Source: a virus
Length of the DNA: 64,000 nucleotides
Reading direction: 5' to 3' (one strand)
Virus record (IMG/VR): IMGVR_UViG_3300002038_000008
Span: 1-64,000 of that record
The notes beneath the pieces are model-generated. The model did not search any database. It saw only the letters and a list, made by a program, of their open reading frames with translations, and was not told the origin of the DNA. The position numbers and the translations under genes are program-made. Below, piece by piece: positions 45,189 through 53,262 of the stretch. How positions within the stretch are numbered: position 1 is the stretch's first letter; each line of letters begins with the position of its first letter.

Positions 45189-45536
45189 ATGTTAGGTAAA
45201 CTAAGAGCACTGGGTGCGGCCAAGCTTGCCCCGTTCATCCTTGCCGGACTCGTAGCCTGGACTGCCGGTGTGTATTTCTATGCGCTGGGGAAGGGTACGG
45301 CTGCAGGAGAAGCCGATTGTAAAGCTCAGCTTCAGGAAGAAGTGAACAAGAGGGTACAGGCCAAGCTCAAAGAGGAGCGACTAAAGGCCCAGAGAGATAT
45401 CCGGATTGCCGAAGAGGCCGGGAAAGAGAAACAAAAGATCGAACAAAGACTAGAGGAACCCCTAGATGAAGAAGCAGCTGCTGATTTACCTGAGTGCCTT
45501 ACTTCTAACGAGTGGGTGCGCTGGATCAAGAGTTAG
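45189..45536 (+). CDS. i-spanin (Rz-like)
   Basis: N-terminal TM (APFILAGLVAWTAGVYFYAL), then charged coiled coil; contains the start of an overlapping lipoprotein ORF in another frame. Confidence 0.65.
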   Translation: MLGKLRALGAAKLAPFILAGLVAWTAGVYFYALGKGTAAGEADCKAQLQEEVNKRVQAKLKEERLKAQRDIRIAEEAGKEKQKIEQRLEEPLDEEAAADLPECLTSNEWVRWIKS

Positions 45537-45732
45537 GTTAGTATGGACAGACGATGAACCGGTAGAGCGTAATTGTCCCGAGTTCTCTGAGGAACTGTGC
45601 GAGGCATTCGCTGAGTACGAGGAAGACATGAACTGGCTGGACATCAAAAAGACCAATCGGTTGAGGAACTACCAATATGAACTCTGTCAATTAAAACACT
45701 CTGTACTGCTACAATGTACGGAAGACAGATAA
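45466..45732 (+). CDS. o-spanin (Rz1-like lipoprotein), overlapped architecture
   Basis: MKKQLLIYLSALLLTSGC lipobox-like signal; begins inside the i-spanin gene in a different frame; last gene of the rightward arm. Confidence 0.55.
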   Translation: MKKQLLIYLSALLLTSGCAGSRVRLVWTDDEPVERNCPEFSEELCEAFAEYEEDMNWLDIKKTNRLRNYQYELCQLKHSVLLQCTEDR

Positions 45733-45735
45733 GAG

Positions 45736-45761
45736 AAAGGGACCTTAGTGGTCCCTTTTTT
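45736..45761. terminator. bidirectional rho-independent terminator at the convergence of the two arms
   Basis: AAA GGGACC ttagt GGTCCC TTTTTT: A-tract and T-tract flank a 6-bp GC stem. Confidence 0.8.
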
Positions 45762-45783
45762 ATTTCCTGTAGCAACCCTTCTA

Positions 45784-46002
45784 CTAATCTGTTGAGGTGC
45801 TCTCCGGAATTCCTGTCAGTTGAGAGGTAACGTACTCGTTCCAGGGTTTGTTCAGTTCATCCAACCTTTCGGCAAGAGACCTCAGGTGGTGAGACGGAAA
45901 TACACCACTGTTCTCTACAGGGTTGAAGTAATAGTAACCGTCTTCTAAAGCCAAGAAGTACTCTTTCTCTTCTTCTGTTCTCAAATCTGCGAATTTAAAC
46001 AC
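45784..46002 (-). CDS. hypothetical protein (72 aa), last gene of leftward arm
   Basis: ORF track. Confidence 0.5.
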   Translation of the reverse strand: MFKFADLRTEEEKEYFLALEDGYYYFNPVENSGVFPSHHLRSLAERLDELNKPWNEYVTSQLTGIPESTSTD

Positions 46003-46029
46003 TAGTTGGGCTTCCTCCTATGCTGTCTA

Positions 46030-46326
46030 CTATAGCCACGGGCTTAAGGTCTCATTCCGCTGAGGCTTGCCAAGCTTTCTCCTTGACCAAACCATCACCC
46101 CAGCTAGTAAGCTCATGACCCCAACTACAGACATTATGAAAAAACAGAGAGCCAAGAGAAACAACATTATAGGCCCCAAAGGTCCGCAGAGAACCCACAC
46201 GATCACTTCCTCTTCGGAAATAGGAGCCTCTTGGAATAATAAGATCAGTCCCACTAAGCAGAACAATACTGCTCCTGAACCGAACCAAAGTAAGGGACCA
46301 GGAATTTCCACTAGGAACTCACTCAT
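46030..46326 (-). CDS. multi-pass small membrane protein (98 aa)
   Basis: ORF track; about three hydrophobic helices. Confidence 0.55.
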   Translation of the reverse strand: MSEFLVEIPGPLLWFGSGAVLFCLVGLILLFQEAPISEEEVIVWVLCGPLGPIMLFLLALCFFIMSVVGVMSLLAGVMVWSRRKLGKPQRNETLSPWL

Positions 46327-46546
46327 GATTTATTTTTTCCTTTAGACAATGAACGAGGTCCATTAGCAGGCAAGAGACGAGGTAGAGCAAGAGTATTAAA
46401 GGAAAAATGAACGGGGCTGCGCTGGAAACGAGCAGTACCGCAGTGTCGTGTTCGTCAACGGACTCCTCGTACTTCACTAAATAGTATGCACCTCCCAAAA
46501 AGACCACAATACTTGAGACTACCCACAACGCAACTAATATATCCAT
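46319..46546 (-). CDS. small membrane protein (75 aa)
   Basis: ORF track; two to three hydrophobic helices. Confidence 0.55.
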   Translation of the reverse strand: MDILVALWVVSSIVVFLGGAYYLVKYEESVDEHDTAVLLVSSAAPFIFPLILLLYLVSCLLMDLVHCLKEKINHE

Positions 46547-46773
46547 TACCCTGGTCCTCCTCTGTCTGCATGCACGGTATGGTAAGTAAAAGCTCCGTAG
46601 GCCAGTCCTCCTCCCATGACTCCGAACAAGGGCACGAAAAGATAAGCAGCAGATCCTATCTGAGCTGCCACCTGATTTATAGCTATCACCAATATCACTC
46701 CCACGAAGTAGGCCATAATAAATATTATACTCAGAACCAAGGCAGTGACTATAACAATTGCCGCCTTACCCAC
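46546..46773 (-). CDS. small membrane protein (75 aa), holin-like topology
   Basis: ORF track; three hydrophobic helices and a charged C-terminus. Confidence 0.5.
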   Translation of the reverse strand: MGKAAIVIVTALVLSIIFIMAYFVGVILVIAINQVAAQIGSAAYLFVPLFGVMGGGLAYGAFTYHTVHADRGGPG

Positions 46774-47266
46774 CTTCCTTCTTCCTATCTGGCAAAGCCC
46801 AGATCATCTGCTTACGAACTTCCAGGACACTCGTGTCCCTGATTCCCTGATCAGGACCTTTAAGGTTCGTCCTATAATCTGGTGAGGTTACTACCACTAG
46901 TATCTTAGGCTCCTTTCCCTTCCAAGGAAGTCTGAGCGTGGTCCCTGGGTACTTAGACAGAGAGTAATTATAGGCCTTGTAGAGAGCAATCGATGCTCCG
47001 TCATATACTCCGATACTAGATCCGGGCTCTATGTTTTCTATTGTCAGTTCCCCCTCGTAATACTCCTGAGAGGGCTGCGAGCAGGGAGATACTGTCTTAG
47101 ATGTTTTAAGTTTCTCTAACTCCTTTCGAAGTTTAGAGACTTCTAGTTCCAAGTCTTGCACGCGTACTGCATTAGGATCAGAATACTTCCAGAGTGGAGT
47201 AGGCCAGTAGTAAGGAGGGCGATTCCTGTTATTGTCGAAGGGATCAAAATCCATAATGGTGGTCAT
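46766..47266 (-). CDS. hypothetical protein (166 aa)
   Basis: ORF track. Confidence 0.5.
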   Translation of the reverse strand: MTTIMDFDPFDNNRNRPPYYWPTPLWKYSDPNAVRVQDLELEVSKLRKELEKLKTSKTVSPCSQPSQEYYEGELTIENIEPGSSIGVYDGASIALYKAYNYSLSKYPGTTLRLPWKGKEPKILVVVTSPDYRTNLKGPDQGIRDTSVLEVRKQMIWALPDRKKEGG

Positions 47267-47544
47267 AATTTTCTCCTAATTTCATCACGTAAGTCTTTTT
47301 TCTTAAGTTCGTCAATGCAGCGGCGTACGGCGGCCACTTCTCGGTTTGTGACTGCGTCGCTCTCTACGATCTTTTCAGCACAAGAAACTCCGTGATACGT
47401 GTTTAATCTTTTATTCAATTGTACTAAGTTCGCATAGCTTGCTTCTTGGTCGGGGAACACAGCCTTAAAGTACACTGCCATGGACGGTAACAAGAGGCCA
47501 AGGACAATACCAATAAAGAATTTCTCTTCTTGTGTAAACATCAT
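47263..47544 (-). CDS. hypothetical membrane-anchored protein (93 aa)
   Basis: ORF track; N-terminal TM FFIGIVLGLLLPSMAVYF. Confidence 0.5.
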   Translation of the reverse strand: MMFTQEEKFFIGIVLGLLLPSMAVYFKAVFPDQEASYANLVQLNKRLNTYHGVSCAEKIVESDAVTNREVAAVRRCIDELKKKDLRDEIRRKL

Positions 47545-48002
47545 TCAAAGTACTCCGGCTCCGGCAGGTTGTCTATCCATTCGTTCTTTTTTCTAGCTGT
47601 CTGCCGTCTCTTTTTGTCACACTCTCTAAGCAGTCCTATCTTTTCTTGAGCCTCCGCCTTAGCTAAGTCTCGCAACTTCTTGGTGCCAGAGAGCTCTCCG
47701 CACTCTTGCTCGTCCCATTTAGGCCACCTCCACAAGTTAGCCCTACTAGGATACCGGACATCATAGCGGTTAATTCTAGAAAGTTCTTGTAGAGAGTCTC
47801 TGTATGCTAAGTTCCCATCTCTCAGTACTTCAATAGAATACCTATCGGGCATGCTGGCAGGCACTAATCTGTAAGTACCCACGGGATAAACGTAACTTGC
47901 TACGCAATCCTGTATTGCTTTTTCCCTGTACATATCGTACCACAGGTAGTCTACTTCTTCTACGAGACAAGAAGTCAGTATAACAACAGCAGGTACAATC
48001 AT
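47541..48002 (-). CDS. putative lipoprotein (~153 aa)
   Basis: Internal ATG 48002 gives MIVPAVVILTSC (lipobox L-T-S-C); the track ORF opens at 48032. Confidence 0.45.
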   Translation of the reverse strand: MIVPAVVILTSCLVEEVDYLWYDMYREKAIQDCVASYVYPVGTYRLVPASMPDRYSIEVLRDGNLAYRDSLQELSRINRYDVRYPSRANLWRWPKWDEQECGELSGTKKLRDLAKAEAQEKIGLLRECDKKRRQTARKKNEWIDNLPEPEYFE

Positions 48003-48084
48003 CTCTGCGCCACGACCTCTACAATTACCCAAATCAGGAACGCCAGGGCTCCCAGGCTAATCAAGTTCTTTCCCAACTTATTTA

Positions 48085-48396
48085 TCATCCGTAGTCCTCT
48101 TTTCTAAAAGAGACCCCTAAACCTTCTAGTGTAGGAATAACTTTGTCTTCGAAGCAAGAGAAGCAAATGTCGGCTTTTGTGGTAGTACCCCAGGTTTCCC
48201 ACTCATTATTAAAACTCTCTTTCATGTAGATAGATGTAATATCCCTACATGATTCCTCAGTATGCCATACTACCCCGTGTCCTGCCCATCTCGCGTCTCG
48301 GTATTCCTTTCCGCACAAGTCGCACTGCGCTCCGGCACTCTTAGTTTCTGTTCTCTCTTCCTGAGCCGGGATTACCACTGTCTCTTCGAGCTTCAT
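48085..48396 (-). CDS. hypothetical Zn-finger-like protein (103 aa)
   Basis: CDLCG ... CFSCF Cys pairs. Confidence 0.45.
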   Translation of the reverse strand: MKLEETVVIPAQEERTETKSAGAQCDLCGKEYRDARWAGHGVVWHTEESCRDITSIYMKESFNNEWETWGTTTKADICFSCFEDKVIPTLEGLGVSFRKEDYG

Positions 48397-48629
48397 AGCA
48401 AGTTATCCTTAATGAAGTCAGCAAAGGCCCCGGCATATCTCAGATCATTTACTTGGAGGGCCTCTCCTCGGGCAGTCAAGACGTAGTAGTCCTCTCCCCC
48501 CTCGTCGTAAGCGATGCCCTCGTCAACGAAAGTTAATCCAAACTCTTGGATGTTCTCAGTCATTACGTTGTCAATGGCCCTTTTCCAGGCAATTGCCTTC
48601 TCATCTTGGAACATGTCAGGTTGCTTCAT
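48393..48629 (-). CDS. hypothetical protein (78 aa)
   Basis: ORF track. Confidence 0.5.
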   Translation of the reverse strand: MKQPDMFQDEKAIAWKRAIDNVMTENIQEFGLTFVDEGIAYDEGGEDYYVLTARGEALQVNDLRYAGAFADFIKDNLL

Positions 48630-49131
48630 TATCTCTACTCTCCCACTGGTTTAGCATCTCGTGGTACTCTATTGGCTCGTATCCTATGTGCTCCAGGCAC
48701 GTGTTAAAGTAATCAGCCCCGTCCGGTCCTCCGTTGTGACAGTGCCCGTGTATGTTCCGTCTTCCTCTGAGCTCCGTTGGATGTATTGGGCAATGACTAA
48801 GCCAGAACTTCTTATACCGATGCAACCCTACCACATCATCGAAGTATTGTAAATACTCGGAGGCATTAAGTAGGTCGTGGTTCCCTCTCACGAGGACCTT
48901 CGAGCCAGTTAGATCTTCGATCGACAACAGCCCTTCTTTCGTGAAAGCCGCATCTCCCATTACGTACACCTTGTCGCGCTTGCCAACTACTCTGTTCCAC
49001 CTGTAAATGATTTCTTCTCGATGCTCTTGCTCACTTTGTATAGGAACTCCAAACCTCTCTAGTAGGGGGCGGAACTTGTGGACGTTCGTGTGGCCAAAGT
49101 GCAGGTCTCCTATAAAGTAGACACGGCTCAT
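48616..49131 (-). CDS. calcineurin-like metallophosphoesterase
   Basis: VYFIGDLHFGH, VYVMGDAAF, GNHD and HGHCH are the MPP signature blocks. ATG 49131 overlaps the upstream stop (ATGA); the track ORF opens at 49221. Confidence 0.75.
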   Translation of the reverse strand: MSRVYFIGDLHFGHTNVHKFRPLLERFGVPIQSEQEHREEIIYRWNRVVGKRDKVYVMGDAAFTKEGLLSIEDLTGSKVLVRGNHDLLNASEYLQYFDDVVGLHRYKKFWLSHCPIHPTELRGRRNIHGHCHNGGPDGADYFNTCLEHIGYEPIEYHEMLNQWESRDNEAT

Positions 49132-49313
49132 TGTTTCTCTCTCTTCATCAGTAGGGCCAACTCCTGGGCTGCTAATCTTATCAGGGACTCCAGAGCCGGA
49201 CCATATATCCATATGGCCCAAGCCCTGGCTGCGTTGTGTCCGATCTCATTAATGCGGAGGGCATAGGCCTCCACTTGAGAGTTTCGGAACTTAGGATGTC
49301 CTCCTAGTGCCAT
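49128..49313 (-). CDS. hypothetical protein (61 aa)
   Basis: ORF 49128..49340 trimmed to ATG 49313; stop coupled (ATGA) to the phosphoesterase start. Confidence 0.4.
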   Translation of the reverse strand: MALGGHPKFRNSQVEAYALRINEIGHNAARAWAIWIYGPALESLIRLAAQELALLMKREKQ

Positions 49314-49489
49314 TTCTTCACTATGTGCAGTCCTGCCCACATAGGGAGAGATATAGGCCAGAAAACTCCTACCATGAGGGCAAAACCCTCCAATCCTCCC
49401 TTAAACATCTCAGAATATTCCTGTAGTAGGTAACCAGCAGTTATACCAGCAACAATAAAATACAACGCTAATATGATAAGAACGATCAT
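49304..49489 (-). CDS. small membrane protein (61 aa)
   Basis: ORF track; two hydrophobic helices. Confidence 0.5.
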   Translation of the reverse strand: MIVLIILALYFIVAGITAGYLLQEYSEMFKGGLEGFALMVGVFWPISLPMWAGLHIVKKWH

Positions 49490-50439
49490 CGCGCCAAAGG
49501 AACCAGCAAGTCTTTACGTACGTCTTTTGGTACGGTTGTAGTACGAGTGCGAGAGATGGCCCCACAATCTTCACATCGGTACGTGGGATAGCTACCCGAG
49601 GCAGTCAGGTAAGGTGGCTCTTCCACGAGGTTACCAGAACCGCAACTACTGCACACGTGACCTTTTTGCATCAGCACTCCAAAGTTAGGATGACTCGGAA
49701 TCCAAGGTAGCAATTCCTTGTACAAGTCCCGTAACACTACCACGTCTTGCTCATTGTAGTCAACCATTTCCTGAAGAGCCTCTGTCTCTCCGTTGACGCA
49801 CCGCATCCAGGTCTCCATACCACCGGAGTCTCCCTTCAATTCTAAACTAAGAGTGCGAGCAATGTGGGCTAGCTTGTTAGACCCGAAGTTAAACTTCTTC
49901 TTCAGCGTCACTAGAGTATCCACGGACTGGAACGGACTCGGTGGGGGCATACCGTACACGAGCATACGGGAATTGATCTTGGGGATGTCGAAGCGGTTAC
50001 CGTTGTGAGCAACTACGATGTCCGCCTCATCTAATAACTTCCACAGGTTATCTACCATGGGAGAGTCATTATCAAAGATACCCGCATCCCACGAGGGATG
50101 GCTCAGGAGGCTGTCAGACTCCACAGGACCGTCGTTAAACGCCCAGGAGTAGCTGAGCATGTACCAGTTGTTAACTACGGCCTCGGGGCTTACGTTGGCC
50201 TTCCAGAACTGCCACACAGCGGCCACAGTAGGGGCGGTTTCAATATCGATGTACAAGATCCGTGGCTGAGGAACCTCTACGTTAGCCGGAGGGGAGCCTC
50301 GTAGGACCTGGCGTACCTGGTCTCGGGTTACCCCGTCAGGGAAATTAACTTCGTCGTTCTTGGCGCTCTGAAACACCTCGTCTTTATTGGAAGTTTCGAA
50401 GTAGAGCTTCCATAGTATTCCTGTTTGATTATTATCCAT
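49486..50439 (-). CDS. DEDDy-type 3'-5' exonuclease (RNase H-like fold) with C-terminal Zn-ribbon
   Basis: ILYIDIETAP (DxE), VAHNGNRFDIPKI, YNEQDVVVLRDLY (Yx3D); C-terminal CSSCGS...CEDCG. Confidence 0.65.
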   Translation of the reverse strand: MDNNQTGILWKLYFETSNKDEVFQSAKNDEVNFPDGVTRDQVRQVLRGSPPANVEVPQPRILYIDIETAPTVAAVWQFWKANVSPEAVVNNWYMLSYSWAFNDGPVESDSLLSHPSWDAGIFDNDSPMVDNLWKLLDEADIVVAHNGNRFDIPKINSRMLVYGMPPPSPFQSVDTLVTLKKKFNFGSNKLAHIARTLSLELKGDSGGMETWMRCVNGETEALQEMVDYNEQDVVVLRDLYKELLPWIPSHPNFGVLMQKGHVCSSCGSGNLVEEPPYLTASGSYPTYRCEDCGAISRTRTTTVPKDVRKDLLVPLAR

Positions 50440-50692
50440 CGTTCTTTCCTTTCTTCTTCTGATCCCTATGGAACTGTTTTAGTAGGGGCTCCAAGTTAGC
50501 CGTGTCCGGAATTCCCAGCTGGAGTAGTTGGTTTAAAAACTCTACGTTAACTGATTTCGTGGTAACTTCCGCACGCTGTTGCGCTTCTCTAGCCTCATCT
50601 AAGTGGATTAGTATGCCTTCTACTTCTGGATACACTAACTTGCACAAAGCTGTCCTCAGAGAGTCCTCTACATGTTCATTTGGCATAGCCAT
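50432..50692 (-). CDS. hypothetical protein (~86 aa)
   Basis: ATG 50692 with GGAGAG upstream; the track ORF opens at 50737. Confidence 0.45.
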   Translation of the reverse strand: MAMPNEHVEDSLRTALCKLVYPEVEGILIHLDEAREAQQRAEVTTKSVNVEFLNQLLQLGIPDTANLEPLLKQFHRDQKKKGKNDG

Positions 50693-50903
50693 TCTCTTCT
50701 CTCCAGTTAAAGAACCTACGAGTCCCAAACCCCACAAGGAACGAGGTTACGCTGAACATTAAGGTCACCAATAGTAATTTATTTCCTGGCATCGGAACGT
50801 TGGCCAAGGGGTAAATAATGAATCCGGCCCCGCAACTAATCCAGTACTTAATAAAGATACCCAGGGCTATCTCCCAGGCCGATTCTAGCTTAGTTTGACT
50901 CAC
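50676..50903 (-). CDS. small two-TM membrane protein (75 aa)
   Basis: GTG 50903 overlaps upstream stop (GTGA) with GAGGA 5 nt upstream; the track's longer ORF (to 51023) would overlap its neighbour by 124 nt. Confidence 0.45.
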   Translation of the reverse strand: MSQTKLESAWEIALGIFIKYWISCGAGFIIYPLANVPMPGNKLLLVTLMFSVTSFLVGFGTRRFFNWREENGYAK

Positions 50904-51073
50904 CAGTTCCTCAAAACATCGTTCAAAAACACTAGACAGAGGCACCCCATACCAACAAAAAAACCCGTAGATCCTGTAGGCGCTGCTGTTTGACGCCAGA
51001 CCACTTCCGCCATGATAAAACAAAAGACAGCTAGTATAGAGAAAACAAAACAGTACCAGACGTCATCTTTCAT
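50900..51073 (-). CDS. small two-TM membrane protein (57 aa)
   Basis: ATG 51073 (MKDDVWYCFVFSILAVFCFIMAEVVW...). Confidence 0.45.
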   Translation of the reverse strand: MKDDVWYCFVFSILAVFCFIMAEVVWRQTAAPTGSTGFFVGMGCLCLVFLNDVLRNW

Positions 51074-51332
51074 AGTAGTCACCTATTTGAATCTCTGAAA
51101 ATTGTTCCATTGTTATTTCGTCCTTTGAACACTTGCCTTGCTGGCAATACTCTACGTACCAGTATCCAGGAATGTGCTGTACCTGGGGTACCAACATTGT
51201 AGATCCATTGATGTGTACGTGTTGAATGTAGTGTCGAGTTCTAGGCTCCTGGTACCCTTTGTCCTTTATAATACCAGAACTCAGAGAGCACCCGGCTATG
51301 AGTAGTAATGATAACCCCAGTAGTAGTTTCAT
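51063..51332 (-). CDS. small lipoprotein (89 aa)
   Basis: MKLLLGLSLLLIAGC is a canonical lipobox. Confidence 0.6.
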   Translation of the reverse strand: MKLLLGLSLLLIAGCSLSSGIIKDKGYQEPRTRHYIQHVHINGSTMLVPQVQHIPGYWYVEYCQQGKCSKDEITMEQFSEIQIGDYYER

Positions 51333-51503
51333 TTAGACAGGATCCTCTGAATTTAAGAACAAGAACGAGATGGCCGTGAAAGCAAGCGCCGCTTTGAGTG
51401 TCTCTCCCTCTAGCAGAGAAGAAAATAAGAGCTCACTGCACACTAAGATGTACAAGAGCACAGCAAAGATCGCAACCAACTTTATGAGAACAGGATCTTT
51501 CAT
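51333..51503 (-). CDS. small two-TM membrane protein (56 aa), not in ORF track
   Basis: Own translation MKDPVLIKLVAIFAVLLYILVCSELLFSSLLEGETLKAALAFTAISFLFLNSEDPV; ATGA overlap upstream; stop directly abuts the next ATG. Confidence 0.4.
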   Translation of the reverse strand: MKDPVLIKLVAIFAVLLYILVCSELLFSSLLEGETLKAALAFTAISFLFLNSEDPV

Positions 51504-51682
51504 CGACTCTTAATATCAAAGTGTATTGCCATGGCAATCAAAACTACCAGACCCAAGAAATTTAGTAATACTCCAGATAAGTTTCCTTCTTGGTACCAGT
51601 TCAGCATCCACAAAAGAGGTATTGTAGAGCATGCCACGAAACCCGCCGCGTTCAGCAGCCTAGTTCTTGTACTCTGTTTCAC
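51500..51682 (-). CDS. small two-TM membrane protein (60 aa)
   Basis: GTG 51682 overlaps upstream stop (GTGA) with AAGGAG 8 nt upstream; the track extension to 51922 lies inside the upstream gene. Confidence 0.45.
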   Translation of the reverse strand: MKQSTRTRLLNAAGFVACSTIPLLWMLNWYQEGNLSGVLLNFLGLVVLIAMAIHFDIKSR

Positions 51683-52686
51683 TCGAAGTACTCCTTCGGA
51701 GGAAGATCGTTCCCTTCCGGATAAGTGTCCTCCCAGAGCAGTAGCATCTGAAGATTGCACACGGCATGGGCAAAGTGGTGGTTCCCAGTCTCCTGGTCGT
51801 ACTCTTCTCCTCCGAGTAAGATCCCATCTAGCAAGTGACGGCAGCACGAGTCGAGGGCCATCGTCCACTGTCCGCCCTTCATATAATTGTAAGTGACGTA
51901 TTTCTCCGCCCCCTTGGTCCACACTTCCGTAGACTCTATTAAGTAGGGATACAACATACCTATCTCGTCTCTCAAGTAGAAGGGGTCATGGGTCCTTTGG
52001 TATTTTCCTAAAGCCCACAAGACACCGAGAGCTCGGCACTCTACCTCACTCGCTCCTGTTCCTGAATAAGATCCACTATCTAACAGACATTTGTGCATAT
52101 TCAGAAGATCTACATGGTGCCACTGGGTCTTTCCTGAGTTCTTGCGGGCCGTGGTGCCCTTCTCCTGAGAGGTCAAGTCCCCTACTGCAACAACCTCTTC
52201 CTTATCTGTCTCAGATGACTCCTTTTGCTCTAGGTCATTACACATCTTTAGATAGTTATAAGAATCTGTGAACAAGGTATTAAGATCATCCTCTCGTTGC
52301 TCATCTAGTTGCAGCTCGTCGGAGTACCGTAGAAGACGGGGATCCTTGCACTCCTTATTGTACTCGTCCACTAACCTGTCGTTATACGACGGTGCATCTT
52401 TTTCTGGATCTAATTTCATCCCTAAACTCTCCTGTTCCTTTTTCAGCTCCGCCCTTTGCTTCTCCCACTCTAGCAGCTTTTGTTCCAGTTCTACTACAGC
52501 CTCTTCTATTACCCTGAGATCCTCTTCTAACAAAACAAACCCTCCTGCGGAAGACAAAAAGCAAAACTGACCATTCAGAAAGCTGTAATCAATTACTCCT
52601 AACTTCTTACCCTGTCTATACGGAGTAATAGTGTGATGCTTGGGATGAGGAGATAAGTAATCGTAGACTAGATCTATAGGTTTCAT
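51679..52686 (-). CDS. two-domain protein; C-terminal dATP/dGTP diphosphohydrolase (MazZ-type) N-terminal-like domain
   Basis: C-terminal TKGAEKYVTYNYMKGGQW...CCRHLLDGILLGGEEYDQETGNHHFAHAVCNLQMLLLW matches my recollection of the GAxKY...RHL...GE..D.E.G..H.AH..N pattern. The N-terminal ~190 aa are unknown, with an acidic coiled-coil linker. Confidence 0.45.
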   Translation of the reverse strand: MKPIDLVYDYLSPHPKHHTITPYRQGKKLGVIDYSFLNGQFCFLSSAGGFVLLEEDLRVIEEAVVELEQKLLEWEKQRAELKKEQESLGMKLDPEKDAPSYNDRLVDEYNKECKDPRLLRYSDELQLDEQREDDLNTLFTDSYNYLKMCNDLEQKESSETDKEEVVAVGDLTSQEKGTTARKNSGKTQWHHVDLLNMHKCLLDSGSYSGTGASEVECRALGVLWALGKYQRTHDPFYLRDEIGMLYPYLIESTEVWTKGAEKYVTYNYMKGGQWTMALDSCCRHLLDGILLGGEEYDQETGNHHFAHAVCNLQMLLLWEDTYPEGNDLPPKEYFE

Positions 52687-52871
52687 AAGTTATCAAAATC
52701 CTCTTCAGAGCTACGATGCTCTTTTGTGTACCCCTGTATCTCAGAGACTCCACATCCTGTTTCCCTCAACTCTGCAGCCTTTTCTTCTGCTTGTTCCAGA
52801 CTCTCAAAACTCAGCATACCGAAGTCACTGTCCCAGCCGAAATATTTAAATGAATAAAGTTTCTCATTCAT
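52683..52871 (-). CDS. hypothetical protein (62 aa)
   Basis: ORF track. Confidence 0.5.
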   Translation of the reverse strand: MNEKLYSFKYFGWDSDFGMLSFESLEQAEEKAAELRETGCGVSEIQGYTKEHRSSEEDFDNL

Positions 52872-53262
52872 TAGACCAATCCCATACTATCTCGTCCCAT
52901 CCTTTCTCTTGCTCCGGTACGGTCCTTCCTGGTGCCACGAAGCAGCAAAGGTAATCGTTGTTACGACACCAATCTGAATATCTCCAGCTCTTCTTGGCCC
53001 GAGTCAGCTTGTTGTTCCTGTGGAATACGAAGCGGATATCCTCTTCCGGGTTGTGCTCACGGACCCACTTCATCTTACGTCGGGCATCGACATCGAGCTT
53101 GCCCTTTACCTCTAGCAAGATACCGTTCTTCAAAATGAAGTCCGGAATGTAAACACGCCCGACTTCTGGCTGAACGTATGGGAGCTTAAGAGACTCGTAC
53201 TCGTATGATATCTGATAATCATCCAGAGTTCCAGCAACTTGTTCTTCCAGCTTACTCCTCAT
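52864..53262 (-). CDS. T7 endonuclease I-like Holliday junction resolvase
   Basis: SKLEEQVA...YEYES.KLPYV...YIPDFILKNGILLEVKG...EEDIRFVF aligns with T7 gp3 (LEDKVSKQLE...FEYEEWKVPYV...YTPDFLLPNGIFVETKG...DIRIVF). Confidence 0.85.
   Translation of the reverse strand: MRSKLEEQVAGTLDDYQISYEYESLKLPYVQPEVGRVYIPDFILKNGILLEVKGKLDVDARRKMKWVREHNPEEDIRFVFHRNNKLTRAKKSWRYSDWCRNNDYLCCFVAPGRTVPEQEKGWDEIVWDWSNE

Noticed and set aside
51683-51922. Upstream 80 codons of track ORF 51500..51922
   Set aside because: They lie entirely inside the 3' end of gene 51679..52686 in another frame. A GTGA-coupled GTG with an AAGGAG RBS gives a sensible 60-aa two-TM protein instead.
51679-52686. 2-aminoadenine (Z-base) genome pathway
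   Set aside because: Only a MazZ-like domain is seen. No PurZ (adenylosuccinate-synthetase-like) or DatZ (HD dATPase) ORF is recognisable in the window.
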